A DNA stretch of 64,000 nucleotides from Schizochytrium sp. TIO01 (GCA_004764695.1 SMSO01000032.1:5984483-6048482), one strand, 5' to 3'. Shown: positions 1 through 9,561, counted from the first letter of the stretch. Notes: generated from the sequence alone by a model not told the origin. Made by a program: numbers and translations.

Positions 1-1266
1 AATGGTTACTCTCGTATTTACCACGCTTTAATTGAACTGGACGGATTTGATAATTGTAAAGATTCCATGATGAGTGACTTTTACGATCAATTTGCAAGTA
101 CTTCTTCTAGTACCCGCAAGCCACCTGAACAGGGATGTCTAGGTGCAACCCCTGAAACTTCAATTATGGACTGTGGCAAGTGGCATTCTAGGCGTTGTTC
201 GAACACAATTAATGTTCTGTACGAGGCTCGTGCACTTCAATGGTCTGCCTTCCACAACTCAATGCCTCAGTGTTCTGAGTGTCCTGGATTTATTGGTTGG
301 TGGCGTTCAGGAGCCACAGAAAGTCCGTATCAAAAGATTTTGGACATGACTGTTTTCCCTCAATGCCTTCCATTCATGGACACGACTGGCATTAAAACTG
401 ATCTAGGATTTGATATGAGTGATGCCTCTGCTTATGAAATAGATTACAATGAGGGTTTCACATGCGATAAGAATGGTTGTCGATTTACTGATGTGCTCGA
501 GGTTGATTTATCATTTGTAACAGAGGCCGTTTCTTCACGCGTATGTGCTAGTTCTGGCGACTGGTTGGCCACCAGTACAACCAGCACACTTGACATTTGC
601 CGCGAAACTTGTTATTCTGAAACCTACAGCACTTGTGCATCATTTAGTTACAACACCAATACAAAGTCATGTAAAATGTATGCATCTTGCACAGAGATTA
701 CAAGTGTTGGTGCGAGTTCTGATGATACGATCTATATTGCAAAGCCCCACTTGACTAACTCGGACGCGACCTGGGATGACCCTGCTGATTATGTCGATGT
801 TTCATCGCCTACCCCTTTCCCCACCAGCCCTACCCCTGCACCGACTTCACCTACATCTTCCCCGACTTCTCCCACACGGTCTCCCACGACCCCCTCACCT
901 ACGTCTGCACCTACAACTCCCTCACCTACCAACCCGGGTGAAACCAGAAGCCCTACCCAAAGGCCCACACCAAAGCCTACAAGCACAAGTTCCCCTACCT
1001 TCTCTCCCACCGCCCCCACAACAGGTGCCCCGACTTTCCTTACAATGCGGCCTACCACGTCTCCCACTGCGGCCTCCACAACAATTTTCGAGAATTCAAT
1101 GTTTTATATTATTGTGGGAGTGTCTCTGTTTGTCATTATCATATGCTGTTGCTTGGTCGCATGTTGCTGTCTCCGCTCACGCTCACCAACCGCCCCATCT
1201 GCTCCTTCCGCTTCAGTATACCCCGCGTATCGATCATTGGGATCAGCTCCCCCCCTAAATCTTTGA
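1..1266 (+). CDS. 5'-partial type I membrane glycoprotein: Cys-rich ectodomain (possible C-type-lectin-like end, PAN/Apple-like module), Thr/Pro mucin stalk, TM helix, Cys cluster
   Basis: Frame is open from base 1 to TGA at 1266. CRETCYSETYSTCASFSYNTNTKSCKMY has PAN/Apple-like Cys spacing; SPT/PT repeats; hydrophobic FYIIVGVSLFVIIICCCLVACCC. Confidence 0.8.
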   Translation, partial: NGYSRIYHALIELDGFDNCKDSMMSDFYDQFASTSSSTRKPPEQGCLGATPETSIMDCGKWHSRRCSNTINVLYEARALQWSAFHNSMPQCSECPGFIGWWRSGATESPYQKILDMTVFPQCLPFMDTTGIKTDLGFDMSDASAYEIDYNEGFTCDKNGCRFTDVLEVDLSFVTEAVSSRVCASSGDWLATSTTSTLDICRETCYSETYSTCASFSYNTNTKSCKMYASCTEITSVGASSDDTIYIAKPHLTNSDATWDDPADYVDVSSPTPFPTSPTPAPTSPTSSPTSPTRSPTTPSPTSAPTTPSPTNPGETRSPTQRPTPKPTSTSSPTFSPTAPTTGAPTFLTMRPTTSPTAASTTIFENSMFYIIVGVSLFVIIICCCLVACCCLRSRSPTAPSAPSASVYPAYRSLGSAPPLNL

Positions 1267-1287
1267 ATCAATTAAATAGAGTTCATA

Positions 1288-1743
1288 TTATCTTCTTAAT
1301 GAGACTAATCGTTCACCAAGCGCATTGTTTAGAAGAATTGCCATCTTATTCGCACATTCATCAGACAAAGCCGTATTATCATCCAGGATATGAAATGGGT
1401 CGAACATTTCGAACAATTTTTCGTTTAGAAATAGAAAATCGGTCGTGATTTTCATCATGTACTCAACATACTCTATAAGCATTTCACGCGAAACAATGTT
1501 ATTCTTCAATTCGAAATGAAATGTGTTCGCAAGTTTTTCAAACGATTCCTCTTGGTGGCTTAGAAATAAAAAGTACTCGAAAATGGCGAACAAAACCATT
1601 TTCTCAGAAATCAAAGCTTCGAGCGAAGTTGCATTCAAGTGTTTACGATATTTCATGCATAATAGAATCAGATCATCAAGCACTTCGTGGTTCTTGACAA
1701 ATCTAAGCCATGCAAATAGAAACACATTCATTGCTTCGTCCAT
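1288..1743 (-). CDS. Hypothetical protein, 151 aa
   Basis: ATG ORF tiling tightly between neighbours, preceded on its strand by a (CCAAAA)n tract; no recognised motif. Confidence 0.6.
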   Translation of the reverse strand: MDEAMNVFLFAWLRFVKNHEVLDDLILLCMKYRKHLNATSLEALISEKMVLFAIFEYFLFLSHQEESFEKLANTFHFELKNNIVSREMLIEYVEYMMKITTDFLFLNEKLFEMFDPFHILDDNTALSDECANKMAILLNNALGERLVSLRR

Positions 1744-1780
1744 ATTGATGCAGCTAGTAAATGCAAAGTGTCTAACTTAA

Positions 1781-1858
1781 GTTTTGGTTTTGGTTTTGGT
1801 TTTGGTTTTGGTTTTGGTTTTGGCTTCGGTTTTGGTTTTGGTTTTGGTTTTGGTTTTG
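1781..1858. repeat. (GGTTTT)n / (CCAAAA)n hexamer tandem repeat between divergent genes
   Basis: Directly read: about 13 units with one GGCTTC variant. Confidence 0.95.
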
Positions 1859-1935
1859 CTGTGTCTAGCACAAAATAAAACAATACATGAATCAAGTGCT
1901 CTGCGGATTATTGATAGTAAATACCATAATACATC

Positions 1936-2445
1936 ATGACAATCATTGAGGAACAGATTGAGAAGGTGGCGGAAGATTCTGTGACAGAAGCAAAAGAACT
2001 AGGTGATCCTACCGAGGAACATCCGAAGAACATTGAGGAGAGTGACACAAATACAAATTCTCCAAATGAAGAGCCAGAAGCAAAAGAACTAGGTGATTCT
2101 ACTGAGGAACACACGGAGAACATTGACACAAATACAAGTTCTTCAAGTGAAGAGCCAGAAGCATTTGCGCAAAAGCATACTTGTAAAATAGTGTGCAATG
2201 TGGAAGGGAATGATGAAACCTTTTATCTAACTACTCTTCCAAGATTTGCAATCCTTTCTGGAAATTTATGGAAACCATTAGATCCTAAGTTTTACATTAA
2301 GAGAATTTTCGAGGAACAGGAATCTACCTCAGACCATGGTTACAACGGGTGGATTGTTTTTGATCGGACTACCAAAGCAATCCTATGCTCAGTTGATACC
2401 GAAGGAAACGAGCAGGAAATTATTACATTTGATCCAAAGCCCTAA
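1936..2445 (+). CDS. Hypothetical acidic protein with an internal ~90-bp duplication
   Basis: EAKELGD(P/S)TEEH...DTNT...EEP occurs twice; DNA CAGAAGCAAAAGAACTAGGTGAT at 1985 and 2075. Confidence 0.7.
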   Translation: MTIIEEQIEKVAEDSVTEAKELGDPTEEHPKNIEESDTNTNSPNEEPEAKELGDSTEEHTENIDTNTSSSSEEPEAFAQKHTCKIVCNVEGNDETFYLTTLPRFAILSGNLWKPLDPKFYIKRIFEEQESTSDHGYNGWIVFDRTTKAILCSVDTEGNEQEIITFDPKP

Positions 2446-2682
2446 GTATCTTTTATAATTATGAAGAGACAATTTACTTCGGGATAACAAATAGAATTAC
2501 TCTTTTAACACTTGCCAAAAGCTATTCGATGTCCGAATTCCCAGACTTTGTCGTGCGTTGTACGCGTCAACAGAAGCTCTGCGGAACATCGGTGAAACTG
2601 ATCTTCACCGTTCTACACTCGTTGACTTATCTAACCTTCCTTTTCACACGGTTGCCGAAAAGGAAGCACGGGAGAACAATTT

Positions 2683-4365
2683 TTAATCAGGGTATCCTCC
2701 AGGTGCCCACCATAACTTTTGTCCTAGATAATTATTTACTAGTGTCTCCCCATCGTTATAACTAATGATAGCCGATGGGATAGTTGGCACATCCTCATTA
2801 CCATAATATGTTGGATTGAAAATCGAATTCGTTGCATTAATCAATCTTATAACAACTGCTACTGCACCCTTAGCCTCTGCTAGCTTTACTTTATCAAAGA
2901 AGTCACAGCCGCCCCGTTTGACCACCACAATCTTCCCACTAAACCCGTTTTTCTGACCACTACTATCACATAATGTTTCATCACCATTTGGTAGTATAGT
3001 TTGTGCATAAACTCCCTCTACACCGGGGGTGATTTCTGGCCCGAAGGAACTTGATGCGAAATCAAAACATGTGTCCTCCGCTGAACACATTTTCACAGAC
3101 TGATAGAGTGGGCTCAATGTCGGTTGAGGTGTTGGTGTCCATATCTCCCCTGCTCGTTGTACTCGAACCACAGATAAAATATTAAGCTCAAACCAATCAG
3201 GATCATCACTCGTTCCTTTGCTAGAGAATGCTGTTAGTTCATCTAATGCGGCTTGTTTGTCAAAATTATACTTTTGTAAATATGTAGCCATGACACCTGA
3301 AACAAGTGGTGCTGCCATACTCGTTCCAGACATAACCGCTGTCCCACCAGACTTGTAAGTTGATGTGATTGCCTGGCCTGGGGCCCAAACGTCAACACAC
3401 GAACCATAATTGGAAAATGATGCCCCATAATCATTACCAGCACTATCCCTCGCAAGCGCACCAACATTGATAACTCCATTTGCGGTTCCAGGTGAAGAAC
3501 AACATGCATCCTCAGCGTCATTTCCAGCTGCTACGACAACAATATTTCCAGCCTCAATCACGTCTTCTACTAGAGAATTTATACTTTTCGAGTAATCAGA
3601 ACCCACTGACAAATTAACCACATTGGTCTTATCTGAACCGTAGGTTTGTTCAATTACCCACTGAAGTCCGCCAATGAGATTCGATGACGGAAATGTTATA
3701 GATGCACCTCCAACTTTCACAGCAATACCTGTTGCCCCTCGCGCAACGCCATATGTATCAGCTAATGCTGTTCCAGCAACATGTGTACCGTGACCATTCT
3801 CATCCGTAGTAACATTACTATAAGACCAACCGAACGAAACCCGTCCACCAAAAGATCCGTGATCAATATAAACACCAGTATCTACAATATAGATCACAAC
3901 ACCGCTACCATCATATTCTAAATCCCAATTAAGGTTATCCAACGGCTGCTGAAATTGATCAATTCGATCCAAATTTGACAGAATATGTGTCTGTACTACT
4001 TGGTCGGCATGAATTTCTTCTATCCAGTAAAATTGATCGAGTAGGGAATTTGCATCTAAATAATCAGACGAAACACTAATGAAACAGTTCATTCTCGATT
4101 TCAATTGTCCAATGACTCGGGTATTTAAGCTACCTTCAAAATAGTTTTCAAATTCTTGATAAGCTACGTCACACTGGGTAGCCTTGTTCACCTCTATGAT
4201 CCACATTAGAGAATCATTATTTTGCTCATCAATCGCCTGGTTTCCAACAGAAAGTTCCTCACTTGTTGTTTGTGTAGAACATAAGAGTATCAACAATACC
4301 CCTATCGATATTGAAGCCTTCCAGAACATCTGACTTTGACTTTTGAAATTATACTTCTTATTCAT
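2683..4365 (-). CDS. Secreted subtilisin (peptidase S8, proteinase K-like) with C-terminal PA domain
   Basis: Signal-like hydrophobic stretch; catalytic motifs IVDTG, NGHGTHVAG, GTSMAAP and oxyanion AAGND; PA motif GKIVVVKRGGCDFFDKVKLAEAKGAVAVVI. Confidence 0.95.
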   Translation of the reverse strand: MNKKYNFKSQSQMFWKASISIGVLLILLCSTQTTSEELSVGNQAIDEQNNDSLMWIIEVNKATQCDVAYQEFENYFEGSLNTRVIGQLKSRMNCFISVSSDYLDANSLLDQFYWIEEIHADQVVQTHILSNLDRIDQFQQPLDNLNWDLEYDGSGVVIYIVDTGVYIDHGSFGGRVSFGWSYSNVTTDENGHGTHVAGTALADTYGVARGATGIAVKVGGASITFPSSNLIGGLQWVIEQTYGSDKTNVVNLSVGSDYSKSINSLVEDVIEAGNIVVVAAGNDAEDACCSSPGTANGVINVGALARDSAGNDYGASFSNYGSCVDVWAPGQAITSTYKSGGTAVMSGTSMAAPLVSGVMATYLQKYNFDKQAALDELTAFSSKGTSDDPDWFELNILSVVRVQRAGEIWTPTPQPTLSPLYQSVKMCSAEDTCFDFASSSFGPEITPGVEGVYAQTILPNGDETLCDSSGQKNGFSGKIVVVKRGGCDFFDKVKLAEAKGAVAVVIRLINATNSIFNPTYYGNEDVPTIPSAIISYNDGETLVNNYLGQKLWWAPGGYPD

Positions 4366-4396
4366 ACATATCTAAAATATTTTTTAATATCAACTT

Positions 4397-5422
4397 CTAT
4401 ATAAGATCCATAATAGAATCGACTTTCTCTTGACCCATGAGTTTAACTGACGCATTATATAATTGCTTCAATGCAAGCTTTCTAGTAGCGTAGCCTCGAA
4501 TAGCTTCGAACTTCTTGTCCAAAGGATGGACCTCTTCTGAGTTACACTTACGTTTCTTTTGAGACGGAACTTCATCATTATCGAGAGCAAGATTTAATTT
4601 ATCGTCAAGGTTGAGTCTTTTTGCATGATACTTAAGAGAGTATACTACGTTGTTGAGACGAGCATAACCCAGAAGATTTTCATCATTGAAACCCTGAATC
4701 GTACACATAACCGTTAGGTTGTTGGCCTCAGCTTGAGTTGCGTACTTTTCGTATATAGCCTTTAGGTGCTCTTTTTCGAGTTTATGAAGCTCCGGGTTGC
4801 TAATATCGCCCACGAATGATAACTTAAACGTCTTAAAACGAGGTAGATGTTCCAAAACGAGGCTGACAATCCTATCGTAAGAAGGACCATTAGTCACATA
4901 GATAGGATAAACATGTATGACAAGATTCTCAACCTGTTCCGGAAGATTCTCAAAGAGACCAAATAAATCACCAGCGCGAAGATTGCCAATCTCAAGTGAA
5001 CGAAGTTTTGGGAAGTCAATGAGAACTTCAAACTTACGTAGATCATAGCCAAACACCTCTTTGTGTAAAATCGTCAAATATTCAAGCTCAAGAGACACTG
5101 AATCGTCGAGTATCTTCCAGATCGAGGGCATATCTACTTCAATGCCCCTCAACCGAAGGTGGCACGTGTGTACCTTACTGGTAGAGAACTTTTTAATAAT
5201 TTTTCTCAAGCTCTTTGTCGAAGAGTATCCATCTTGTCTAGGACAAATGTCAATAGTGCGAATGTGGTATACCTTTCGAAAATGGAGATCTAGTCTACCT
5301 TTGATTTCATACAAGCTTATAAATTCAGGTATACAAAATACGCTATTCTCCTCATCATCAAGTCCAGAAATTATTTCATTTATAAGGGACTCAGCCTCAT
5401 CTTCTTCCGACATACCCCACAT
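4397..5422 (-). CDS. Tandem paralog 1 of a ~342 aa family: LRR/RNI-like repeats plus basic NLS-like motif
   Basis: LEYLTI, FPKLRSLEIGNL and LPRFKTFKLSF LRR-like segments; QKKRKC; clear paralogy with the next two ORFs. Confidence 0.8.
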   Translation of the reverse strand: MWGMSEEDEAESLINEIISGLDDEENSVFCIPEFISLYEIKGRLDLHFRKVYHIRTIDICPRQDGYSSTKSLRKIIKKFSTSKVHTCHLRLRGIEVDMPSIWKILDDSVSLELEYLTILHKEVFGYDLRKFEVLIDFPKLRSLEIGNLRAGDLFGLFENLPEQVENLVIHVYPIYVTNGPSYDRIVSLVLEHLPRFKTFKLSFVGDISNPELHKLEKEHLKAIYEKYATQAEANNLTVMCTIQGFNDENLLGYARLNNVVYSLKYHAKRLNLDDKLNLALDNDEVPSQKKRKCNSEEVHPLDKKFEAIRGYATRKLALKQLYNASVKLMGQEKVDSIMDLI

Positions 5423-5474
5423 TGGTGTTTGGTGTTTGGTGTTTGGTGATTGGTGTTTGGTGTTTGGTGATTAG
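5423..5474. repeat. (TGGTGTT)n heptamer tract directly upstream of paralog 1 start
   Basis: Directly read; equals (CCAAACA)n on the coding strand. Confidence 0.9.
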
Positions 5475-5535
5475 CTAATGATGTAAAGTAAAAATGTTGA
5501 TTTATTCCATTATTTAAACATCTTCCAGGAATATT

Positions 5536-6567
5536 CTAGAAACGGTTCAAGATTGAATCGGCTTTATCTTGACCCATGAGTTTTACGGACGCATCGTATA
5601 CTTGCTTCAATGCAACCTTCCTTGTAGCGTAGCCTCGAATAGCTTCAAACTTCTTGTCCACAGGATGGACCTCTTGTAAGTTACACTTACGTTTCTTTGG
5701 AGACGGAGCTTCATCCTCGTAGTCTCTATCTAGAGCAAGACTCAATTCTCCGTCAAGTTTTAATCCTTTTGCCTCCTCCATAAAACTATCGACTACGTGA
5801 TTGAGACGAACATAGCCCAATAGATTTTCATCCTCTAAACCTTGAATGGTGCACATGGATGTCAGGTTGTTGGTCTCAGCTTGGGTTGCGTATTTTTCGT
5901 ATAGAGCCTCTAGTGATTCTTTTTCGAGTTTAAGAGGCGCTGAGTCGCTAGTCTCCCCCGCGAACGATAACTTAAACGTCTTAAAACGAGGTAGATGTTT
6001 CAAAACGAGGCTGACAATCTGATCGTAAGAAGGACCATAAGTCGTGTTGAGTGCGTGAACATGAACGACAAGATTCTCAACTTGCCTCGGAAGATTCTCA
6101 AAGAGACCACGTAAAGAATCAGCGAGAAGATCGCCAATCTCAAGTGAACGAAGCTTTGTGAAGCGTTTGAGAACTTCGAACTTACGTATATCAAAGTAAA
6201 ACACATTTTCGTGCATAATACTCAGTTTTGTGAGAGAGTTACCCCACACTGCACTGATTGTTTGCCAAATTAATAGCATCTCCACATCCAAACCTTCCAA
6301 TTGTAGGCGACAATCAAGCACCGGGCTATGTCTAAACTTTTTGATTATATAGATCAATTCAATAGTCACATCGCGACTATCTCTCCGAGGATCAATATTG
6401 AAGGTGCGAATATGCTCTATGGGTTCAAGACACATATTCAATTCTTTTTTGAATTCGTATAGATAGATGACATTGGTTATACCAAAATAGGTCATTTCTT
6501 TATCATCAAGATCGTCAAGGAGTTCATAGACATGATCTTCAACCTCATCTGCCGTCAACTCAGCCAT
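5536..6567 (-). CDS. Tandem paralog 2 (LRR-like, NLS-like PSPKKRKC)
   Basis: 343 aa; C-terminal half nearly identical to paralog 3. Confidence 0.8.
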   Translation of the reverse strand: MAELTADEVEDHVYELLDDLDDKEMTYFGITNVIYLYEFKKELNMCLEPIEHIRTFNIDPRRDSRDVTIELIYIIKKFRHSPVLDCRLQLEGLDVEMLLIWQTISAVWGNSLTKLSIMHENVFYFDIRKFEVLKRFTKLRSLEIGDLLADSLRGLFENLPRQVENLVVHVHALNTTYGPSYDQIVSLVLKHLPRFKTFKLSFAGETSDSAPLKLEKESLEALYEKYATQAETNNLTSMCTIQGLEDENLLGYVRLNHVVDSFMEEAKGLKLDGELSLALDRDYEDEAPSPKKRKCNLQEVHPVDKKFEAIRGYATRKVALKQVYDASVKLMGQDKADSILNRF

Positions 6568-6589
6568 TTTTATTGGCGAAGAATGTTCT

Positions 6590-6718
6590 TGGTGTTTGGT
6601 GTTTGGTGATTGGTGTTTGGTGTTTGGTGTTTGGTGTTTGGTGTTTGGTGTTTGCCGTTTGGTGTTTGGTGTTTGGTGTTTGGTGATTGGTGATTAGTGA
6701 TTAGTGATTGGTGATTAG
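6590..6718. repeat. Long (TGGTGTT/TGGTGAT)n heptamer tract upstream of paralog 2
   Basis: Directly read. Confidence 0.9.
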
Positions 6719-6779
6719 TTAATGATGTAAAGTAAAAATGTTGATTTATTCCATTATTTAAACATCTTCCAGGAATATT

Positions 6780-7811
6780 CTAGAAACGGTTCAAGATTGA
6801 ATCGGCTTTATCTTGACCCATGAGTTTTACGGACGCATCGTATACTTGCTTCAATGCAACCTTCCTTGTAGCGTAGCCTCGAATAGCTTCAAACTTCTTG
6901 TCCATAGGATGGACCTCTTGTAAGTTACACTTACGTTTCTTTGGGGACGGAGCTTCATCCTCGTAGTCTCTATCTAGAGCAAGATTCAACTCTCCGTCAA
7001 GTTTTAATCTTTTTGCCTCCTCCATAAAACTACCGACTACGTGATTGAGACGAACATAGCCCAATAGATTTTCATCCTCGAAACCTTGAATGGTGCACGC
7101 ACTTGTCAGGTTGTTGGTCTCAGCTTGGGTTGCGTATTTTTCGTATAGAGCCTCTAGTGATTCTTTTTCAAGTTTAAGAGGCACTGGGTCACTAGTCTTC
7201 CCCACGAACGATAACTTAAACGTCTTAAAACGAGGTAGATGTTTCAAAACGAGGCTGACAATATGATCGTAAGAAGGACCACAAGTTGTGTTGGGTACGT
7301 GAACATGAACGACAAGATTCTTAACCTGTCTCGGAAGATTCTCAAAGAAACCACATAAAGAATTAGCGAGAAGATCGCCAATCTCAAGTGAACGAAGTTT
7401 TGTGAAGTGTTTGAGAAGTTCAAACTCACGTAGATCATGGCCAAACACCTCTTCGTGCAAAATAGTCAAATATTCAAGCTTAGAAGAGAATGAATCTTTG
7501 AGTATATTACGGATCGTGGGCATATATAATCCAAGGCCTCTCAGCTGAAGGTGACATGTATGTACCTTACAGGGGAAGAATTTTTTCAGAATTTTTCCCA
7601 AGCACCTTGTCGGAGAGCATCCAACTCGCCTAGGATCAATCTCAATAGTGCGGATGTGGTCTATTCTTTGGAAATGGAAATCTAGTCTACGCTTGATTTC
7701 ATACAAGCTTATACATTCCGGTATACAAAATACGCTATTCTCCTCATCATCAAGTCCAAAAATTATTTCATCTATAAAGGACTCAGCCTCATCTTCCGTT
7801 AGATCCCACAT
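6780..7811 (-). CDS. Tandem paralog 3 (LRR-like, NLS-like PSPKKRKC), mosaic of paralogs 1 and 2
   Basis: N-terminus matches paralog 1 (GLDDEENSVFCIPE); C-terminus matches paralog 2 (KLMGQDKADSILNRF). Confidence 0.8.
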   Translation of the reverse strand: MWDLTEDEAESFIDEIIFGLDDEENSVFCIPECISLYEIKRRLDFHFQRIDHIRTIEIDPRRVGCSPTRCLGKILKKFFPCKVHTCHLQLRGLGLYMPTIRNILKDSFSSKLEYLTILHEEVFGHDLREFELLKHFTKLRSLEIGDLLANSLCGFFENLPRQVKNLVVHVHVPNTTCGPSYDHIVSLVLKHLPRFKTFKLSFVGKTSDPVPLKLEKESLEALYEKYATQAETNNLTSACTIQGFEDENLLGYVRLNHVVGSFMEEAKRLKLDGELNLALDRDYEDEAPSPKKRKCNLQEVHPMDKKFEAIRGYATRKVALKQVYDASVKLMGQDKADSILNRF

Positions 7812-7851
7812 TGGTGTTTGGTGTTTGGTGTTTGGTGATTGGTGTTCGGTG
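7812..7851. repeat. (TGGTGTT)n heptamer tract directly upstream of paralog 3 start
   Basis: Directly read. Confidence 0.9.
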
Positions 7852-7976
7852 CTTTAAAATAATTTCAAGGGTTATACCAGGAACATTCAAAGAACATTCT
7901 AGAAAAAAATCACAAAAGTATATGCTTTACATACATATCAAATATACATTATTTAAAATACATAATGTAATTCTGA

Positions 7977-8519
7977 ATGGGGATCTATGACAAATCATTA
8001 CTCGTGCGTCGCCACCGGGAACTCTCATCATGTCCTGGATACACTGCTACCCCAGCCCCTACCAGGCGGAATACACCAACTGCTCAACCAACTACCCCTA
8101 TACCTACACGAAACCCTACCACAAAGAGTCCTACTACAAATTCACCTACATCAAAACCTACAACCCAAACTCCTACGACTTTCCATCCAACTTACAAACC
8201 AACTACACCTATTCCTACATCAAAGAGTCCGACGGCACAACCGACTAACTCTCCTACAACTGAACCAACTCTCCCGACGGGCTTTCCAACTAAATACCCG
8301 ACGTTCTATACAAGTAGTCCAAAACCAACGACGTCTGTAACATTTGAATCTACCAACTCCTATGAAGGACTAACGATCGGAATTGGTGTTGCTTGTGGTT
8401 TTTTGTTTCTAGTTCTATTCAGCTGTTTGTGCTATGTTTGTTCTAGAAGGAAACGTAGGTTGAATAACTACACTCGTGTTGGAAATACAATACAACACAC
8501 ATCTATGCCACTTTTGTAA
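7977..8519 (+). CDS. Small Thr/Pro-rich mucin-like membrane protein
   Basis: PT repeats, TM segment LTIGIGVACGFLFLVLFSCLCYVC, then basic stop-transfer RRKRR. Confidence 0.75.
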   Translation: MGIYDKSLLVRRHRELSSCPGYTATPAPTRRNTPTAQPTTPIPTRNPTTKSPTTNSPTSKPTTQTPTTFHPTYKPTTPIPTSKSPTAQPTNSPTTEPTLPTGFPTKYPTFYTSSPKPTTSVTFESTNSYEGLTIGIGVACGFLFLVLFSCLCYVCSRRKRRLNNYTRVGNTIQHTSMPLL

Positions 8520-8534
8520 AATAATGTGCAAGGT

Positions 8535-8603
8535 CCAAAACCAAAACCAAACCCAGAACCAAAACCAAACCCAGAACCAAAACCAAAACCAGGACCAAAA
8601 CCA
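8535..8603 (+). repeat. (CCAAAA/CCAGAA)n tract upstream of Cys-rich paralog A
   Basis: Directly read; it produces the spurious PKPKPNPE extension in the ORF track. Confidence 0.85.
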
Positions 8604-8621
8604 ACACTCTCGAGATCAATT

Positions 8622-9056
8622 ATGAAAGAAAATGAGTGTGAGTCGTGTCCGAATGATGTCCCACCAGGAACAATTCGTATTCCTTGTAATCTGTGCAATG
8701 GATATGTATGTGGCATATTGGACTGTGTCCTGGATGAAAAGGAAGGTTGTTGCCAGTGGTGTATCCGTTACAACCCTGAAATCCGAGATTTAAAAACATG
8801 TGCCTTTTGCGGTGAAGAATTCATTGATACAAAATGGATCAGGAAGGAATGCCCGGATTGCTCGACCGTTTTCAAATACCCGTATTGTTTTAACTGTGTA
8901 GAAGAGCCGACACAGTTTGATTGTAGGTGCTGTGGAAAGGCTATGAACAAAGTTTGTGAAGCTTGTGATATGGACCTGGAAGCCTCTATATTTGAGTGTA
9001 CTTCAATGTGCAAACCTTGTTCAAGGACTAACCCCGATAAAAGACATAAACAGTAA
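8622..9056 (+). CDS. Cys-rich (multiple CxxC, zinc-binding-like) protein, paralog A, 144 aa
   Basis: Start reassigned to ATG 8622 because the N-terminus MKENECESCPND is shared with paralog B; many CxxC pairs. Confidence 0.75.
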   Translation: MKENECESCPNDVPPGTIRIPCNLCNGYVCGILDCVLDEKEGCCQWCIRYNPEIRDLKTCAFCGEEFIDTKWIRKECPDCSTVFKYPYCFNCVEEPTQFDCRCCGKAMNKVCEACDMDLEASIFECTSMCKPCSRTNPDKRHKQ

Positions 9057-9129
9057 CTTTTATTTTTTTATAGACATAGGTGTCCGACCCTTAGAATTGT
9101 CAGCAAATCCAAAACTCTTGAGTTCAACC

Positions 9130-9561
9130 ATGAAAGAAAATGAATGCGAGTCGTGCCCCAATGATCTCCCACCCGGAACGACCCGTATTCCCTGTAGTGG
9201 GTGCAACGGGTGTGTTTGTGGTATCTTAGATTGTGTCTTAGATGAATATTTTGGATTTTGTCGATGGTGCATTGATCGCTTTAAAGTAGTCGAATGTAAT
9301 AATTGTTTACAACCATTTCAAAATAGTCCTGCCGTTGAATGTGGAGAATGCTGCGCAACACAAGACCCATCAATATGTCAAGACTGTCTGGATAAGGCAA
9401 CTATATATACTTGTGGTTGTGGAAGAGGTTTGAACGACCTATGCATCGTGTGTAGTGTTAACACTCAAGTATGTCCTTGCTGCAATGAAATCAAGTGTCA
9501 TAAATGCTTTGACGGAGCCATGCACTACTCATGTAATAAATGTGCTACCCGTAACTCATAA
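9130..9561 (+). CDS. Cys-rich (multiple CxxC) protein, paralog B, 143 aa
   Basis: ATG 9130; MKENECESCPNDLPPGTTRIPC..CNG.VCGILDCVLDE shared with paralog A; conserved upstream ACTCTYGAGWTCAA. Confidence 0.75.
   Translation: MKENECESCPNDLPPGTTRIPCSGCNGCVCGILDCVLDEYFGFCRWCIDRFKVVECNNCLQPFQNSPAVECGECCATQDPSICQDCLDKATIYTCGCGRGLNDLCIVCSVNTQVCPCCNEIKCHKCFDGAMHYSCNKCATRNS

Noticed and set aside
1781-1858. True telomere or chromosome end
   Set aside because: Short, internal and flanked by genes on both sides; related tracts recur in front of other genes.
8526-8621. PKPKPNPE N-terminal extension of the Cys-rich protein
   Set aside because: It is a translation of the CCAAAA tract from a GTG; the paralog starts at the equivalent MKENECES ATG.
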